A stretch of DNA of 64,000 nucleotides, from assembly GCA_963719085.1 (NCBI GenBank), contig CAVRAL010000001.1, positions 116,373 through 180,372 of the forward strand. Reading direction: 5' to 3'. Positions 10,907-20,004 of the stretch are shown piece by piece (position 1 is the stretch's first letter; every line of letters starts with the position of its first letter). The position numbers were made by a program, and so were the translations under genes. This DNA is from a candidate division FCPU426 bacterium. GTDB lineage: Bacteria > Oederibacteriota > Muellerivitia > Muellerivitales > Muellerivitaceae. Under the pieces are notes generated by a model that saw nothing but the letters and a program-made list of their open reading frames with translations, was not told where the DNA came from and did not search any database.

Positions 10907-11658
10907 TGATTACGATTAAGTCAAAAGACGAATTGCAGCTGATGCGAAAAAGCGGAAAAGTGGTCGGGGACGCGTTGGTTGAGTTGGGCCGGCGGATTAA
11001 GCCGGGCGTGACGACGGATGAGTTGGACCGGTTCGCTTTTGATTTTTTTAAGAAGAATGACTGTGTTCCGGCTTTTAAGGGATATCACGGCTACCCTTCG
11101 ACCATTTGTACTTCGGTCAATGACGAAGTGGTCCATGGAATTCCGGGCAAACGGGTGTTGAACGAAGGGGATGTGGTGGGGGTGGACATCGGGGCCTTCT
11201 ATAAAGGCTACTGTGGTGATTCCGCCAGAACTTTCGCGGTCGGGAAAATTAGCCCGGACGCTAAAAAGCTTCTGGAAGTTACCGCGAAAGCTTTAGATAA
11301 GGGTATCGAGCAGTGCCGGGTGGGAAACCGAATCTCGGATATCGGCCACGCGGTCCAGGAATATGTGGAGGCGTTCGGCTTTACGGTTGTCCGGGATTAT
11401 GTGGGACACGGGATCGGCCAGGCCATGCACGAGGAACCGCAGGTTCCGAATTACGGAAAGCCCCATCAGGGGCCGAAGATGGTGGAAGGGATGTGCCTGG
11501 CCTTGGAGCCGATGGTCAATATCGGTTCGGAAGAGGTTAGGGTTTTGGAAGACGGCTGGACGGTGGTGACGAAGGATGGGAAATGGTCCGCGCATTTTGA
11601 GGATACAGTGGCCATTTTGCCCGACGGCCCCGAAATATTGACGCGAGTTAACCCTTAA
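10906..11658 (+). CDS. map: methionine aminopeptidase type I
   Basis: [28 protein letters not shown]. Confidence 0.98.
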   Translation: MITIKSKDELQLMRKSGKVVGDALVELGRRIKPGVTTDELDRFAFDFFKKNDCVPAFKGYHGYPSTICTSVNDEVVHGIPGKRVLNEGDVVGVDIGAFYKGYCGDSARTFAVGKISPDAKKLLEVTAKALDKGIEQCRVGNRISDIGHAVQEYVEAFGFTVVRDYVGHGIGQAMHEEPQVPNYGKPHQGPKMVEGMCLALEPMVNIGSEEVRVLEDGWTVVTKDGKWSAHFEDTVAILPDGPEILTRVNP

Positions 11659-11675
11659 GGGTGGTGTGGAGGAGT

Positions 11676-11894
11676 ATGGCAAAGGAAGAAGCGATTTCGG
11701 TGGAAGGGGTGGTGATTGAAGCCCTCCCCAACGCAAGTTTTCGAGTGGAATTGGAAAACAAACACGTGGTTTTAGCCCACGTGTCGGGAAAAATGAGGAT
11801 GAATTTCATAAGAATTCTCCCCGGGGACCGGGTGACGGTCGAGTTATCGCCTTATGATTTAAGCCGGGGGCGTATTACGTACCGGTTCAAATAA
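11676..11894 (+). CDS. infA: translation initiation factor IF-1
   Basis: [33 protein letters not shown]. Confidence 0.99.
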   Translation: MAKEEAISVEGVVIEALPNASFRVELENKHVVLAHVSGKMRMNFIRILPGDRVTVELSPYDLSRGRITYRFK

Positions 11895-11935
11895 GTTAAA
11901 ATTTTTTACGTTGGAAAGATAGGAAGGATAGAAAC

Positions 11936-12049
11936 ATGAAGGTTCGTTCGTCTGTAAAACCTATTTGCGCGAAATGCAAGATCATCCGCCGTAAGCGGGT
12001 CATCCGTGTGATTTGCACTAACCCGAAGCACAAACAACGCCAGGGATAA
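11936..12049 (+). CDS. rpmJ: 50S ribosomal protein L36 (Zn-binding form; not in ORF track)
   Basis: Manual translation [37 protein letters not shown]. Confidence 0.98.
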   Translation: MKVRSSVKPICAKCKIIRRKRVIRVICTNPKHKQRQG

Positions 12050-12062
12050 TTGAGGAGAATGT

Positions 12063-12443
12063 ATGGCTCGCATCGCAGGAATTGATTTGCCGAAAGAAAA
12101 AAGAATCGAAACGGCTTTGACCTATTTATTTGGAGTGGGGCTGACCCTGTCCAAAAAAATTCTGGTGAAGGCGGGGGTGAACCCGAGCGTCCGGGTGAAG
12201 AACCTAAAGGACGACGAGGTGGCCCGGATTCAAAACGCGATTAACAATGAGAACATCAAGGTCGAAGGCGACTTGCGCCGTGAAATCAGCATGAACATCA
12301 AGCGCCTGATCGATATTGGGACTTTCCGTGGCAGCCGCCATCGGAAAGGGTTGCCCGTCCGGGGCCAAAGAACCAAAACGAACGCCCGGACCCGCAAGGG
12401 CCCGCGCAAGACGGTGGGAAGCGGTCGTAAAAAAGAAGAATAA
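12063..12443 (+). CDS. rpsM: 30S ribosomal protein S13
   Basis: [28 protein letters not shown]. Confidence 0.99.
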   Translation: MARIAGIDLPKEKRIETALTYLFGVGLTLSKKILVKAGVNPSVRVKNLKDDEVARIQNAINNENIKVEGDLRREISMNIKRLIDIGTFRGSRHRKGLPVRGQRTKTNARTRKGPRKTVGSGRKKEE

Positions 12444-12474
12444 AATTTAGAGAACAGATTTAAGGAGAAAAAGA

Positions 12475-12912
12475 GTGGCGGACGAAGTTAAGAAGAATGA
12501 ACCCAAGACGGAAGTGAAAGACGACAAGGCGGCCCCGTCGGCCGCGGCCAAAAAGGGAAAAAAAGCTCCCCGGAACGGCATTGTCCATGTTCAGTGCACC
12601 TTTAATAATACCTTGGTGACCGTGACCGACCCTAAAGGCAATGTTGTGACCTGGTCTTCGGCCGGATCCATGAACTTTAAGGGCAGTCGCAAATCAACCC
12701 CCTTCGCGGCCCAGATGGCTGCCGAGGCGGCGGGTAAAAAGGCCTTGGACGCGGGCATGAAGTCCGTTGAGGTTTACGTCAAGGGTCCGGGATCGGGCCG
12801 TGAAGCCGCGATCCGCGCCATTCAAACTTGTGGACTTCAAATTTCCTTAATCAAAGACGTTACACCTGTTCCCCATAATGGTTGCCGGCCGCCCAAGCGC
12901 CGGCGCGTATAA
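12475..12912 (+). CDS. rpsK: 30S ribosomal protein S11
   Basis: [31 protein letters not shown]. Confidence 0.99.
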   Translation: MADEVKKNEPKTEVKDDKAAPSAAAKKGKKAPRNGIVHVQCTFNNTLVTVTDPKGNVVTWSSAGSMNFKGSRKSTPFAAQMAAEAAGKKALDAGMKSVEVYVKGPGSGREAAIRAIQTCGLQISLIKDVTPVPHNGCRPPKRRRV

Positions 12913-12924
12913 AGGAGCCGATTC

Positions 12925-13545
12925 ATGAGTGTCCAAGCGGTTTGCCGTATCTGCCGTCGCGAAGGTATGAAGCTTTATTTGAAAGGAACCCGCTGCGAAA
13001 GCGAGAAGTGCGCTTTCGAGAGGCGCGGTTACGCTCCCGGCCAACACGGCCAAAAACGGCGCAAAGATACCGAGTACGGCCTTCAATTGCGTGAAAAACA
13101 AAAAGTCAAACGCATCTATGGAGTCTTGGAAAAACAATTCCGCCGTTATTTCTCCATCGCGTCCCGCACCAAGGGCGTGACGGGCGAAACCTTGCTCCAA
13201 TTGTTGGAGCAACGGTTGGATAACACGGTTTACCGCTTGGGCTTCGCCGAATCCCGGCGCCAGGCCCGCCAAGTGGTTCGCCACGGCATGGTGGTCGTCA
13301 ACGGAAAGAAAGTCGATATTCCTTCTTATACGTTGAAGGCCGGGGACAAAATTTCGATTCAGGATAGGTTCAAGGAGAACCCGGTCTTGAAGCGATCGGT
13401 GGAATCCTTGCAAAAGCGGGGCGTTCCGGAATGGCTGGAAGTGGACACAACCACCTTGTCGGGCAGCTTCAAAAAGGTACCGACGAAGGACGAGATCGCT
13501 CTGCCGGTTCAAGAACAGCTCATCGTCGAATTGTACTCAAAGTAA
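12925..13545 (+). CDS. rpsD: 30S ribosomal protein S4 (Cys-containing form)
   Basis: CRICRREG..C...[21 protein letters not shown]. Confidence 0.99.
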   Translation: MSVQAVCRICRREGMKLYLKGTRCESEKCAFERRGYAPGQHGQKRRKDTEYGLQLREKQKVKRIYGVLEKQFRRYFSIASRTKGVTGETLLQLLEQRLDNTVYRLGFAESRRQARQVVRHGMVVVNGKKVDIPSYTLKAGDKISIQDRFKENPVLKRSVESLQKRGVPEWLEVDTTTLSGSFKKVPTKDEIALPVQEQLIVELYSK

Positions 13546-13572
13546 TAGGACTTATTTCAAGCGGGAGGCGTT

Positions 13573-14586
13573 ATGCAAATTGGAAATGTTCAGATTCCCA
13601 AGTTTTTAGATTATGAAAAGGAAAGCTTGTCGCCGACTTACGGCAAGTTCATCGCCGAGCCCTTTGAGCGCGGTTACGGCCAGTCCGTGGGTAATTCTTT
13701 GCGAAGGATTCTTTTGTCCTCGATTACGGGCGCCGCGGTGACCTCGGTGAAATTCGGGGGAGTTTCCCACGAATATTCCTCGATTCCGGGCGTGGTGGAA
13801 GACACCACGGAGATCATCCTGAATTTAAAAGAACTCAAGATCAAATTGTTCGGCAACGGCCCCAAGACCCTGCATTTGACCGTCAAGGGCGAGCGCAACG
13901 TGGTGGCCGCGGATATTAAAACCGACGCCGATGTTGAGATTCTGAACCCCCAATTGCATTTGGCGACCTTGACCGAGGATGACGCGGTTTTGGATGTTGA
14001 GATTGAGGTGGCGGAAGGCCGGGGTTATTCCCCTTCGGAGCGCAACAAGCGGGAAGGACAAGCGATCGGCGTGATGCCGGTGGACTCTATCTTCACCCCG
14101 GTTTCCCAGGTCAAGTATTCGGTGGAATCGGCCCGTATCGGCCAGGTCACGGATTATGACAAGCTGATCATTGAAATCTGGACCGACGGACGCATTCACC
14201 CCGAGGACGCCATGGCCCACGCGGCCAAGATCTTGCGCGACTCTCTGCAGATCTTTATCAACTTCGAGGAAGAGCCCGTCCAACAAGATGACTCCGTCAG
14301 CGAGGAAGAAGAGCGGCTTCGCGAGCTTTTGAGCGAAAGTGTGGAAGAATTGGAGTTGTCGGTTCGCTCCGCCAATTGCTTGAAGACGGCCAACATCAAG
14401 ACCATCGGGGATTTGGTCCGTAAGACCGAGTCCGATATGTTGAAGTACAAAAATTTTGGCCGCAAGTCCTTGAACGAAATCAAGGAAATCCTGAACGGCA
14501 TGGGCCTGTCCTTTGGAACCGATGTGGATGGGATTCTGGCCAAGGGAAAAACCGGCGTTGCCTCCCGAGTGGAAGTTAAAGTCTAA
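13573..14586 (+). CDS. rpoA: RNA polymerase alpha subunit
   Basis: EPFERGYG..GNSLRRILLSS, LELSVRSANCLK, NFGRKSLNEI. Confidence 0.99.
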   Translation: MQIGNVQIPKFLDYEKESLSPTYGKFIAEPFERGYGQSVGNSLRRILLSSITGAAVTSVKFGGVSHEYSSIPGVVEDTTEIILNLKELKIKLFGNGPKTLHLTVKGERNVVAADIKTDADVEILNPQLHLATLTEDDAVLDVEIEVAEGRGYSPSERNKREGQAIGVMPVDSIFTPVSQVKYSVESARIGQVTDYDKLIIEIWTDGRIHPEDAMAHAAKILRDSLQIFINFEEEPVQQDDSVSEEEERLRELLSESVEELELSVRSANCLKTANIKTIGDLVRKTESDMLKYKNFGRKSLNEIKEILNGMGLSFGTDVDGILAKGKTGVASRVEVKV

Positions 14587-14622
14587 TAAACCGCGATTTG
14601 ATCAGAAAGAAGAGGATTTATC

Positions 14623-15102
14623 ATGCGACACGCAGCACACCATGGCCGGTTGGGAGTTCAACCCGCTCACCGCAGGGCGATGATCCGCAATATGGTCACG
14701 TCCCTTTTGAAACACGAACGGATCCGTACGACCAAGACCCGGGCCAAGGAAGTGCGCCGTTACGCCGAGCAAATGGTCACTCTGGCTAAAAAAGACACGC
14801 TGGCCGCCAAGCGCCAGGTTTTGGGTTTTGTGCGGGAACGGGAAGTGGTGAACAAGCTTTTTAAAACCCTCATTTACCGTTACGCCGAACGCAAGGGAGG
14901 TTATACCCGCATCTTGAGGCTAGCTCCCCGCCCGGGCGATGGCGCGGACATGGTTTTCCTGGAATTGGTGGATCGGGCCGTGGCCGAAAAGGGCACCGAG
15001 CCGAAGAGCGATAAAAAAGCCAAGGGTGAAACGGCCGCTCCGGCGACTGAGGCCCCGGCCGAAGGCGCTAAGAAGAAAAAGGAAACGACCGCTTCCGTTT
15101 AA
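14623..15102 (+). CDS. rplQ: 50S ribosomal protein L17 with low-complexity C-terminal tail
   Basis: HRRAMIRNMVTSL, RKGGYTRI. Confidence 0.98.
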   Translation: MRHAAHHGRLGVQPAHRRAMIRNMVTSLLKHERIRTTKTRAKEVRRYAEQMVTLAKKDTLAAKRQVLGFVREREVVNKLFKTLIYRYAERKGGYTRILRLAPRPGDGADMVFLELVDRAVAEKGTEPKSDKKAKGETAAPATEAPAEGAKKKKETTASV

Positions 15103-15125
15103 GCTTTTGATTCACCCATCAAGCG

Positions 15126-15161
15126 AAAAGGCGGGCGTTTTCTTTTGACCTCGCCTTTTTT
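15126..15161 (+). terminator. probable intrinsic terminator of the ribosomal superoperon
   Basis: AAAAGGCG/CGCCTTTT stem plus T-run; loop is long. Confidence 0.55.
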
Positions 15162-15171
15162 CAAGCTTAAA

Positions 15172-15708
15172 ATGAGTCCACTTATGACCTCTTCCTCATT
15201 CCATTGGTTCAAGGTTCTTTCGCTCTCCATTTTGCTTTTATCGTTTTCAGCCGCCCGGCTTCACGCCCAATCCGACTTAGGCTTGGACGGCAGCCTGGAA
15301 TCCAACCACCAAACCCATTTTTACAAAGATCCTACCAAGGCTTTTTTGGTCAGCTTTTTCCCCGGGTTTCTTATCCATGGTTACGGGCATTTTTACGCCG
15401 AGGATAATTTAATGGGGACCGCGCTTCTAACCGGCGAAGTTCTCTCCCTAACTTCCATTGGAGCCGGATTGCTCATTAAGTCCGACACCACCACTTTTTC
15501 CGGGGGGATTTTAGGCGATTCGGCTAACGCCAACCAAGTCGGCAGCAACATGATTATTGGCGGCGTGATTCTTTTCGCCGTGACTTGGGTTGTGGATATG
15601 GCCCACGCGCCCACGGTGGCCGAGGAGTATAACCAAGAATTTAATCTCCAGCCGGTCGCGTCCTTAGAAAATAATCGGATGTCGCTCGCGTTAGCCTGCC
15701 GATTCTAG
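15172..15708 (+). CDS. hypothetical exported/membrane protein
   Basis: Signal-peptide-like N-terminus; KDPTKAFLVSFFPG..GYGHFYA segment resembling TM2-like proteins; hydrophobic helices; start uncertain. Confidence 0.65.
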   Translation: MSPLMTSSSFHWFKVLSLSILLLSFSAARLHAQSDLGLDGSLESNHQTHFYKDPTKAFLVSFFPGFLIHGYGHFYAEDNLMGTALLTGEVLSLTSIGAGLLIKSDTTTFSGGILGDSANANQVGSNMIIGGVILFAVTWVVDMAHAPTVAEEYNQEFNLQPVASLENNRMSLALACRF

Positions 15709-15790
15709 TTTTTTCCGCTTTTCCTTTCTTTCAGTTCACCTCTAGGTTCTTGTCCGATCCCCCGGTTAAAATAGCCTCAAGGAGTTACTC

Positions 15791-17218
15791 TTGAGGGATT
15801 TGCATATCATTCTGTATTTGGCGAGCCTTGTCTTTTCCCTCGTTACCGCGGGGCACGCGGTCCTTTATAAAAGGGATACGCGGGCGGCGCTGGGCTGGCT
15901 CGCGCTTTGTTTGCTGGTCCCTTGGATAGGCGGCGCGCTTTACTGGATATTCGGGGTTAATCGAGTCCAAACCCACGCGCAAGATCTTCATCGGCGTGGC
16001 CGTTGGAAATATTTAAAGGACGAAAGTTCCGGCTCGGTTAAAACCGCCGACTTAGAAGTTTCCGTACCCGCGTCTTTTGAACCCCTCCACCGTCTTTCCA
16101 CCGCGGTCACTCAGCGCCCCCTCTTAGCGGGAAATCAAGTGCGCTTGCTTCGCGATGGGGAAGAGGCCTATCCGGCCATGTTGGAGGCCATCGGCGCGGC
16201 CCGCGACTGGGTTTATCTTTCTACCTATATCTTTGACTCGGACGAAACGGGACGCCGGTTTGTCGCGGCGCTCTCCCAAGCCGTGGCTCGAGGCGTCCGG
16301 GTCCGGGTTTTGGTGGACGCTTTTGGCGCCCAGTATTCTTTTCCGCAGGTGTCGGGTTTATTGAAAAGGGCTCAAGTGCCATTCTCGAAATTCCTGCCTT
16401 TCTCCCTGTCACTGGACCGGTTTCACCCTAATTTAAGAAACCATCGAAAGATGCTTTTGGTGGATAACCGTATCGCCTTCACCGGCGGCATGAATATCGG
16501 GGACCGGCACCTGGCGCAAAAGCTTCCCCGCCAAGGACGGGTCAGCGACCTTCATTTCGCCTTGACCGGCCCGGTGACGCAGGAATTGCAGAATGTTTTT
16601 TTGGAGGATTGGTTTTTTTCCTCGGGCGAATCGATCGCGCCGGCGGCGGCGGCCGGTCCTATGTCCGGCGAGGTCTTGGCCCGGGTGGTGAGCAGCGGCC
16701 CAAATGAGGATTTTGAGAAACTCAGTTGGATTTTATTAGGCGCTTTGTCGGCGGCCCGTGAAAAAGTAAAAATTATCACGCCTTATTTCGTGCCCGACCG
16801 GGTGATGATATCCGCGTTAAACGCCGCGGCCTTGAGGGGCATCCGCGTGGAAATCATTCTGCCCCAAAAAAACAACCTACCTTTTGTGGGTTGGGCCAGC
16901 CGGGCGCTTCTGGGGGAAATGCTCGAAAAGGGCGTCCACTTTTATTATCAGCCGCCTCCCTTTGCCCATACCAAATTGATGGTGGTGGATGGCTATTATG
17001 GATTGATTGGCTCCAGTAATTGGGACGCCCGCAGTTTTAGGCTGAATTTTGAGTTGGATGTTGAAACTTACGGCTTGGATTTCGCGGGGGATTTGGAAGG
17101 CTATTTTCAAGCGGTTCAAGCCCGCGTGCGCCCGGTCACCCTCGAGGACCTTCGCCGGGATTCTTTCTTTTCCCGGTTTCGAAACGCTTTTTTCAACCTG
17201 TTTTCCCCTTATTTGTGA
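15791..17218 (+). CDS. cls: cardiolipin synthase (phospholipase D family)
   Basis: Two N-terminal TM helices; two HKD motifs (NHRKMLLVD, HTKLMVVD). Confidence 0.92.
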   Translation: MRDLHIILYLASLVFSLVTAGHAVLYKRDTRAALGWLALCLLVPWIGGALYWIFGVNRVQTHAQDLHRRGRWKYLKDESSGSVKTADLEVSVPASFEPLHRLSTAVTQRPLLAGNQVRLLRDGEEAYPAMLEAIGAARDWVYLSTYIFDSDETGRRFVAALSQAVARGVRVRVLVDAFGAQYSFPQVSGLLKRAQVPFSKFLPFSLSLDRFHPNLRNHRKMLLVDNRIAFTGGMNIGDRHLAQKLPRQGRVSDLHFALTGPVTQELQNVFLEDWFFSSGESIAPAAAAGPMSGEVLARVVSSGPNEDFEKLSWILLGALSAAREKVKIITPYFVPDRVMISALNAAALRGIRVEIILPQKNNLPFVGWASRALLGEMLEKGVHFYYQPPPFAHTKLMVVDGYYGLIGSSNWDARSFRLNFELDVETYGLDFAGDLEGYFQAVQARVRPVTLEDLRRDSFFSRFRNAFFNLFSPYL

Positions 17219-17284
17219 CCTTGGCATTGGGTTTGCCGGAACCCGTAAACGGGATTAAAATGTGTCTTTATGAAAGGGGGTCGT

Positions 17285-18808
17285 ATGAGACTTATTAAAT
17301 ATTTTCTAATGGTTTTTATATCTGGGATCGGCGGATTACTTCCGGTTTGGGCGGATTCCTTACAATCGTTAAACGCGGGAACGAGCCCCCGGGGCGTGGC
17401 CACGGGTCGCGTGATGGATCCTAAAGTCGAAGATCTCATCGTGGCTAATTTCGGATCGCCTACCTTTATCGGTCAAAATACCCCGGTTTCCCAGATGGAT
17501 CCAAGCCAATCCAACCTCCAAGTTTTTATTCCATCCGCTATGGGGCTGAAACTTTTCACCTCTTTCCAAACCGCGGCCGGTCCCCGGGGGGTGGCTGTTG
17601 GTGACCTCGACGGTTCGGGAATTCAATCGATTTTGGTGAGCGCCTATGACGCCCAAAAAATCCAGATTTTTCAGTGGCAGCATGGGCAGTTTCAAAATAT
17701 GGGGGAAGCACCCACATTGGCTCAACCAGTGGGGTTGGCGGTCGGGAAGACACGCTCCGGGGGCACCTTGTTCGCGGCGGTAGCCGATTATGGCGCCAAC
17801 AGCCTTTCCCTTTTCCCCATTGTCCAAGGCAAATTGGGCCCCCGGGTGGATATTCCGGTATCGGGAAGCCCGGTTCAGGTGGCCATTGGCGATTTCAACG
17901 GCGATGGGGAAAACGAGATCGCCGTGGCGGATTTGTCGGCCGATAAAGTGGAGATATTCAAAAAACCGGTTTCCTCAATCGATAGCGACTTGGCGGCTTA
18001 TAGCCTTTGCCAAACCTTGACCCTGGCGCCGGGGAGCTCACCCTCGGCTTTGGCCGCCGCCGATTTGAACGGGGACGGCCTTGTTGATTTAGTGGTTTCG
18101 GGCTTTCAGTCCAACAATCTTTCGGTTTTTCTCCAGCAAAAAGACGGCTCACTTTTCGCTTTGCCGCCTTTCACCACCACTGGCCTGCATCCCAATGGAT
18201 TGACGGTCGAGGATTTAAAAGGGGATGGAAAAAAAGAAATTATTGTGGCGAACCGCGACTCGGATTCCTTGGATGTCTTTGAATGGATGGGCGGGACTTT
18301 TCAATTGTTGGAAACCCTTCCGGTGGCCGCCGGTCCGGTGAGTTCTTTTGGGCCCGTGGAAGTGGCGGCGCTGGACACCCGAAACCAGGGTGTTTTGGAT
18401 TTAGCCGTCAGCCATATGCGGACCAACAGTGTGGAAATCCTGTCGCAGGGGTTGACCCTCGTGGGCGTTAGCCCCACGCCGACGGCGTCCGGCACCCCAT
18501 CGGTCGGTGTTGGAACCGGCTTTTCATCGCAGACCACCTTCGCGTTTCCTAATCCGAATTATGACGGGAAAGTGAGGTTCAGTTTTAATTTGACTTCATC
18601 GACCCGGGTGAGCCTGCAAGTTTTTGAGGTCACGGGACAATTGGTTTGGTCCAAAACCCTGGAGGCCTCACAGACCCAGGCGGGAACCAATTTGGTGAAT
18701 TGGGACGCGGTTAATGGGGCGGGACAGGCACTGGCCAGCGGCCTTTATGTTTACCGAATCAGCGCAGGTGGGCAAAGTGTCATTAAAAAGCTGGCCATCC
18801 TCCACTAA
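17285..18808 (+). CDS. secreted FG-GAP/VCBS-repeat protein with Thr/Pro linker and C-terminal FlgD-Ig/T9SS-CTD-like domain
   Basis: Signal peptide; repeated GDLDG/GDFNGDG/ADLNGDG/DLKGDG; SPTPTASGTP; FPNP..WD..G..LASGLYVYRI..KKLAILH. Confidence 0.85.
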   Translation: MRLIKYFLMVFISGIGGLLPVWADSLQSLNAGTSPRGVATGRVMDPKVEDLIVANFGSPTFIGQNTPVSQMDPSQSNLQVFIPSAMGLKLFTSFQTAAGPRGVAVGDLDGSGIQSILVSAYDAQKIQIFQWQHGQFQNMGEAPTLAQPVGLAVGKTRSGGTLFAAVADYGANSLSLFPIVQGKLGPRVDIPVSGSPVQVAIGDFNGDGENEIAVADLSADKVEIFKKPVSSIDSDLAAYSLCQTLTLAPGSSPSALAAADLNGDGLVDLVVSGFQSNNLSVFLQQKDGSLFALPPFTTTGLHPNGLTVEDLKGDGKKEIIVANRDSDSLDVFEWMGGTFQLLETLPVAAGPVSSFGPVEVAALDTRNQGVLDLAVSHMRTNSVEILSQGLTLVGVSPTPTASGTPSVGVGTGFSSQTTFAFPNPNYDGKVRFSFNLTSSTRVSLQVFEVTGQLVWSKTLEASQTQAGTNLVNWDAVNGAGQALASGLYVYRISAGGQSVIKKLAILH

Positions 18809-18835
18809 AGCTAAAGGATGGCCGGCTTGGATCGA

Positions 18836-19309
18836 TTAAGCGCTGGCCTTCACATCGCCCTTGGCGGCGTCGGTCGGCGGTTCGTTCGGTGAAAAGATTT
18901 GGTTGGAGTTCTTGTGGGAACCCTTGGTCAGCCGGTAACCGGCCGCTTCCAAGGCTTGTTTCCAACTTCCGTATTCCCGGCGCGCGGCCGAATAGAGGGC
19001 TAATCGGTCCCGGTAGGTTGTCAGCAGATTTTTCGAGCCGGCTTGTTGAATGGCTTCCAAAACCTCTTCCTTCGACCATTTGGTCAGTTTTTCGCGGCGA
19101 CGGGCCTTACCCGCTTCCAAAATATTGTCATAATCAATACCCGCGGCTTTGACGGCGTTGGACCAACTGGCGAAGTACCGGCGGGAACAAGAAGCCGTAA
19201 AAAGCGGTATGTAGTTCTTCGAGATATTGCTGGCCGAAATATCAACATTTTTAGCCTTTAAATCCTTAATCGTTTCGATGATTTTCTCTTTTGACCATTT
19301 CTGTTTCAT
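18836..19309 (-). CDS. protein with two homing-endonuclease-associated-type repeats (probable DNA-binding)
   Basis: Duplicated KWSKE.I/V....F/YxSWxxAxxAAG unit; SD GGAGAG upstream of ATG. Confidence 0.7.
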   Translation of the reverse strand: MKQKWSKEKIIETIKDLKAKNVDISASNISKNYIPLFTASCSRRYFASWSNAVKAAGIDYDNILEAGKARRREKLTKWSKEEVLEAIQQAGSKNLLTTYRDRLALYSAARREYGSWKQALEAAGYRLTKGSHKNSNQIFSPNEPPTDAAKGDVKASA

Positions 19310-20004
19310 GTTAACTCTCCCAAGTAGTTGCACCCTTTTGGTGAGGTGTTTATTAAACTTATAATATATTACGAAGGGTTATGATTCAATAGCATATATT
19401 ATGTCAATTCAATTTTTGTTAATATTTGTTGTTTTTAAGTATTATCAAATTTGATAGCTTTTCAAGGGCTTTGTAGTTTGGACGAGGCCAAAGCCGGAAA
19501 AAGGTCGTTTGAGAGCAGGGCGCATTTCAGCTTTGGACCGGTTTTGGGGGCATCGCTTTTGGCCTTCATTTTTGTTCTTAGAAATTAACGCGGAGTTCTC
19601 AAAATGAGCCGCGGAAAATGGACTCGGTCGCGGGGCGAGGTTTTTGGCATGATGTTTTTTCTATCCTTGGGTTTGTTCAAACAGGGAATCGGAAGGGCCT
19701 TTTTCGCTTACGTGCATTTGGATGACGGGCCCGAAATTTAAACCTGTTTTGGCGGTTCTGTTGAGGGGACGGTTTTTATCCGAACGATTGCCGCGACCTT
19801 GTTTTTGAAAGCGGCCCTGAGGGGTTTATAATTCTTGTCACGCTCAATCCTCGGGAAATTTATGTGCGGGGTTTTATGGGGCGATGTTATATTTGGGAGC
19901 TGTTGATTGGCCTTCGAGCCCTGGCCCGAAAAGAGATTTAACGGATGACACCGATTTTTTCCCTTTCGATTCTTAATCTTTCTTCTAAAAGACCCGATTA
20001 ATTT

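Noticed and set aside
19310-20004. Replication origin in the long AT-rich spacer
   Set aside because: No clustered DnaA boxes (TTATCCACA) seen and no dnaA/dnaN context.
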